Assembly: GCA_036172245.1 (NCBI GenBank)
Contig: JAYWIR010000048.1
Coordinates: forward strand, 1,240,001-1,304,000
Direction: 5' to 3'
Origin: Raillietiella orientalis
Lineage: Eukaryota
DNA length: 64,000 bases
Of this stretch, positions 59,080 to 64,000 are shown piece after piece (the first letter of the stretch is position 1; every line of letters starts with the position of its first letter). The notes under the pieces are model-generated. The model ran no database searches, was not told where the DNA came from, and saw only the letters and a list, made by a program, of their open reading frames with translations. The translations under genes and the position numbers were made by a program.

Positions 59080-61439
59080 ATTAGTTTTGAATAAACAAGT
59101 ACAATATCTTTTGAAATGAAAAAACAAATTCTCATTACAATGAGTTCATCTTTGAAAAAATATTAAATGAACTATAAGGTGAACATACTTTATATGATGT
59201 TCTTATGGGCAACTTGTTTTCTTCCCTTTTCTGCATATGGTGAGTTGGTTTATAACTTTCTTTCTTTTGAGACAATGCAGAAAGACTATGGCACCATAAA
59301 ATCACAAATTCTGCTTTGAAATACTCATTAAAAAAAAAATACCAAAGTTTTCTTTATCTTAAGTTAAAACTGCTCCTTCAACTTGCTAGAGGCAAATGAA
59401 ATCTCATCACAATGGGCTTGTACTTCTATTGACACATAACTTCTTTCAAGAAAGACTTCAGATCTACACATAAGTACAAAAGTCTTTTACTGACATGTAT
59501 AAATTCCATTATAATATTTGATAAAATGAGCTTTCTTAACATTAAAACACAGTAAAGAGACTATTTAAAAGAGCTCAGGTACACAAACATGCACTAATTA
59601 TGAAAGCTTTGGAAAAAACATCACGCAACATGATGATCAAATACTAAGAATGTAATAAGCAATAATAAGACTACTGTAATTAGATTGCAAATGCTTACAA
59701 TTTCTTTCTTCAGAGTGTGCAGCAGCCAGAAACACTGAAGAACTGCAACAGCAATAAACCTGTGAGCAGACAATGTACTCAGCACGGAGTGTCTGGCCTC
59801 AGCACACTTCAAAATAAGAAACACCTAATTGAATATGCTTACTAATGTATTCAGAATGCGAAAACAACAAGAATTAGATCTGGAAACAAAAAAAAAAAAA
59901 AACAAGTATTACACCATCCACCTTGCTTGACTGCGTTCTTTCGGTTCTTAAGTCATAGTTACAAGGTAAGTAAAGGAGAGCAATCAAGTAAAAAAATGAT
60001 ACTATGGCTACATTTTTTCAAGAAACAAAGCATTCGATTCAGTTTCTGTTTACGACGTCGGCCAAATACCCACTCTGCTCTAATGGTGCTCCGGGTTTTT
60101 CAAATTCCAACGTCAGTCACATACACTTAGCAGTAAGGAATACAAATCGCCAACACGAAACACGAAAAAAAATACGAGTGCACACAAAATAGGAAGCCGA
60201 GCGTTTTCACTGTTTTTTCAAAACCAAACACTTTTCAAAAGTGTCCCATTTGACGCGCGGTGCGCAATTCGGGAAGCATTCCGCCCATCGACAGGGAAAT
60301 TCCAAAGGGTAACCGAAGCCTCCACCCAGCTGCCCGCCAAGCCCTACGTCCAGACACCGTGGTCCAGAGTGGGCCCACGGCATCTCGAAGAAACCCTTTA
60401 CCCGGTCGGCAGAAGAAGTCTGCGAGGGATGGTCTGCACACCTCGCGATCCCTTTCCATTAGTTAGGTTAAGTCATTCCAAAGTACGGTCTACCCATGGC
60501 TGCAACGTCCCCTACTCCACTGCCCACTGGCCAGGAACGTGCTGACCTTCGAGAGTTTCATTTTCCTGCACAGTTACTTCTGCTTTGCATCAGTGGGGAT
60601 GGCGTCTTCTAATACTTACTACGCGATGGCTTACTCAAGTTCGGACTCCGGTCTCACGAGCTTAGCACGTAGGAAGAAGCCTTGAGGACTCCAGAAAGTT
60701 AGCGGAACGTAGCCGCGTCTCCCGGAAATTCCCGGAAACCAAAGGGCAGGATTTTCTCGAAAACAAGTACGTTGCATTCCAGTGAAAGGAGCCACGTTTA
60801 GACAACCAAACGTGGGCAACAAGGTAAGAGCCATTCCGAAGCCTCTAAAACAATGCAGAAAGGAATCCACACATCAGGAAGAACAGCACCTTCTCCCATA
60901 CAAATTTCTCGCAGGTGGTTAGGAAAAAAGAACGATACCATGAAAAAAAAAAGAGCAGAAAAAGCCCAACGAATTTCACGACTTCCAAAGAAACGGTGGT
61001 AAGAAAAAAGGGGCTATACCATTGAAAAAAAAAATCAAAAGTACGAAACAGGCAAAAAAATGTACTGCTAGCATAGGAATCGAAAACGCATTTTTCCATT
61101 TCTCGTCATTTTATAAAATGAATATATCCGATTTATTTCTTGACATAGTATAGTATAATATTAAATAAAATGAGACTCAACTTAAAAATCATGATACTTA
61201 TGGAGGTAGAAATACAAGACACAATAACTTTTACCAAGTTCAGATTAAATAATTTGGAAAACTCATTGTTGAAAACAAAGTATAGTGATACTAAGAAAGT
61301 GTAATGCGGTAAGTGTTAAGAAAAACATATGAAAAATCGGACCTGAAAAAGCTGGCCAAAAAAAAAAAAGAAAAAAGCAAGGCACGAATAGGAAAACAGT
61401 CGGCAGTTAACTCGGTACTGCACGACTTCCGCTTCCAAT

Positions 61440-62900
61440 CGCAGTAGATGCCCCACGGCAACGGGATGAGGCATCGTCTGCTTGCCGAATCCCACTCGGC
61501 GGCGGCACGCGTCACGTCACGAGCTCAGTGAAAGGAATGTCGACCTTGGCGTTGCTCCTGCAGGAACGCAAGGACACCAGAAAGAGCACGTCCGGGAAGC
61601 CGATGCGTCGCAGAGGTTCCAGAAGGAGCTGCTGGTCGACACAGTCCAATGCTTTTCGCAAATAGACTGCGACCGCTGGATCTTCCGACTCCTTGTGGCC
61701 TGCCGATCCCTGGTCGTCTCGGAATCCAGCATTCCTTTGGACGACTAGTGCAATAACAGCTGGTCGCAACAGGAGCCAGGAGCTTACCAGGAACAGGTGT
61801 TCCTTTCCACGCTTCGTGAGGGAACAGCAAAGGTCTGCTGCGCACACAGAAAACCTTCCAGCCTAAACAGGATGTCCTTCCCCGTCCTTTGCCTTCTACC
61901 ACTGTGCCCGGACGTCCCATGATCAGCGAAGAGCGTGTTCCAGAGAAAGCTTTTATTTCGACATTCCGCTGAGACACCTCCCCCTTGATGCCCCAGGAGG
62001 CTCCCTGACTCCGGCAATCACGGTACGCTTATCGTCTAAGAGGGCCTCGTCTTCTGCAAAGGAGCAAACCCTTAGAAAAAAAAACAGGCGCGTGGTTGAC
62101 TCACGTGACGGACCTCACCATCTCAAGCGTGCAGCTCGAGCACCCTCTGCCCTCCGACAGAGAGCACTCTGGATGGTTACCATCCACTTCTTGCTTCCGC
62201 AGGGACGACGCCGTCCAAGCGTTCCTAAGGGCGCTGCAGATCTGAAAGCACAACGAGATCAGCAATAAGGCATTTTCTAATGGGATGTCGGATGCGGTCT
62301 TGGGTTTTGGCGCAGGGATTGCGTCCTTAACGGCTGCTCTCGTTGCTAATTTCTTCCTTTTTTCCGCATCGCAATTTTTTTGATTCCTTCCAGACGCGAA
62401 GCGGCCGACACCTTTGTGCATATGCGACGGGAATACCGCATAATTTGGCAAATGTGACACTGCACGTTGGGGCAACTCATCTGGAGGTGTCCCTCCGTAC
62501 TGCAGTGCCCGCAGTACCACAGGTCGACCGTTTCACCCGCCACCTGCGGTTGGTGGGGCAATCCGCTGCGTTCTCGGTTCGTTATGAGGGTGACAGCAAG
62601 ACTGCGTGGGAGCAATTGGTGCTCCGAGAAAGGAGAGGGCTTTCTCCACAACGCGTGGACCGTGCCGAACTTACCGAATTCTCTTCAGACAGCATTCTTT
62701 GGCCATCCGAAAAGTGATGTCGAGGAGGTGGACCACGATGCACCTATCCTCCGTAATGGGGAGGAACCGGCGATTGCCCGTGGAAACATGGGTGCGGAGC
62801 AGACGCTGAGCGAGACCTGCTTCCCTGCAAATCACCTCCACGTACTGCCCGCGGCGCCTGATGGTCATCGCGACCTGCTCCTCCTGAGGGACGTTCAGAA
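61440..62900 (-). mobile_element. Decayed non-LTR retrotransposon (Tx1/L1-like): ORF1 zinc knuckles plus reverse-transcriptase remnant
   Basis: CCHC knuckle CGHCSTEGHLQMSC (62513-62472) and a degenerate second knuckle CHICQIMRYSRRIC. RT fragments QTFAVPSRSV (~61830), AVAVYLRKALDCVDQQLLLEPLRRIGFP (~61670-61590) and GIRQ...CLIPLPWGIYCD (~61490-61440) occur in the correct order, with frameshifts. Confidence 0.75.
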
Positions 62901-64000
62901 AGCGCAGCGCCTTCGAGAAAGCGCGCGCGCTCCCAGGAGAATAGAGATTGCCAACCGTCTATAACAGAGGTGGGTTGTACCCCACTACCAGGAGGGACTT
63001 CATTTCAGCTGCGACCGCAGGCGCCTGCGCCGCAGCCACGGAAATCCATGCCCGCGCTGCCGCGAGGGACGATTCTGTGGGTGTGGTTGTCCCCACGTCC
63101 ATCGGCTCTGGGGCGACGTACACGTCGCACTCAGTAAAACGTTGTGCGGGCGCTCCATGGAAAATATCTGCAATTGCTGCAAGGCAAATTCATGCAAAAC
63201 GAAATCTGACGCTCCGGTTTGGAGCAGGTTTTCCATGGGTGAACTGTGTTCTTGAAGCTGTCAGGTCAATGTGTCCGTGCACACCTGGAAGAAGAGTGCA
63301 CGAACTGATTGTCTCCTTTCTACTGAAGGATTGTCCATTGAGCTCAGCACCTATCCAACCATCTACTTGGATAGCGAAAGTGAGCGTCCATATTACTCTG
63401 ATTATAGGTACTCTGAAGGGTATCCTAACGCGATTGTGGAGGCAAAGCCAGAAAGTTCCATTTCTGCGAATTATGCCAACATGATAGCAAAGAATTATCT
63501 GAATTCTTCCCAAATTGGTGACTCCAATCGTGCAAAGGGACATTCGGATAAAGTCCCACGTTTGCGGATGGCGGTGTCACTCTGAGTGCTGACATTCGCA
63601 ATAGCCACGAAGGACGTTGTCCGCGTGGAGAGTGTGGCAATGGAAATTCGGAGGTCACGAGGACGGGAAGCGAACGAAAGGCGGAAAACACCCTGACAGA
63701 CGAGACCATGCCTTTTCGACACGTTGACCACAGACTGAAGTGAGAGTGACGTCAGCGTCAACACTTCGCGTGAAGGGTGTTCCAGTGCGGAAGGTGGCTC
63801 GCTGACGCGGGCAGAACTGGAAACTCGGAGCGCGTCCGCCATCCAGCCCTCTTTCAGAGGTGATAGACTCGGGATGACAAAGTCTCGAAATCCCCACGGG
63901 AGTGTGAGGGAAGTGCGATGCTGAAGGATGAGATGACGTCAGTACGGAGCTCGCGATGTGCCTTTTTTGTGTTTCGATGGGACCGCCCTTTGCCGGGGCT

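Noticed and set aside
62948..63585. Plus-strand ORFs next to the LINE remnant
   Set aside because: No recognisable motifs or splice structure; cannot be supported without a search.

Overview
Animal (invertebrate, probably arthropod-like) nuclear DNA. No prokaryotic operon, CRISPR array, rRNA or tRNA was recognised, and most ORFs in the supplied track over the GC-rich parts look spurious. The window alternates abruptly between GC/CpG-rich domains (~1-11.3 kb and ~16.3-41.7 kb) and AT-rich, CpG-poor domains (~11.4-16.2 kb and ~41.7-60 kb). Genes reconstructed by hand from GT-AG sites and translation: an unidentified multi-exon + strand gene (~5-9.6 kb, weakly TALPID3-like), BTBD9 (-), Neto (signal-CUB-CUB-LDLa-TM-tail, +), SNRK (+), INTS15/C7orf26 (+), RRP7A (-), GTPBP6 (+) and MINDY1/2 (-). 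There is also a probable TBC1D2-like pseudogene and a decayed Tx1/L1-type LINE near the end. The most striking structure is in the introns. Most are tiny (37-60 nt), while the long ones (0.2-6 kb) in several unrelated genes contain nested, imperfect, partly G-U-compatible inverted complementarity. Basal stems often begin ~7-20 nt from the 5' splice site and close close to the 3' splice site. This suggests long introns fold back to mimic the minimal intron length. The pairings were found by eye and need folding and shuffling statistics.
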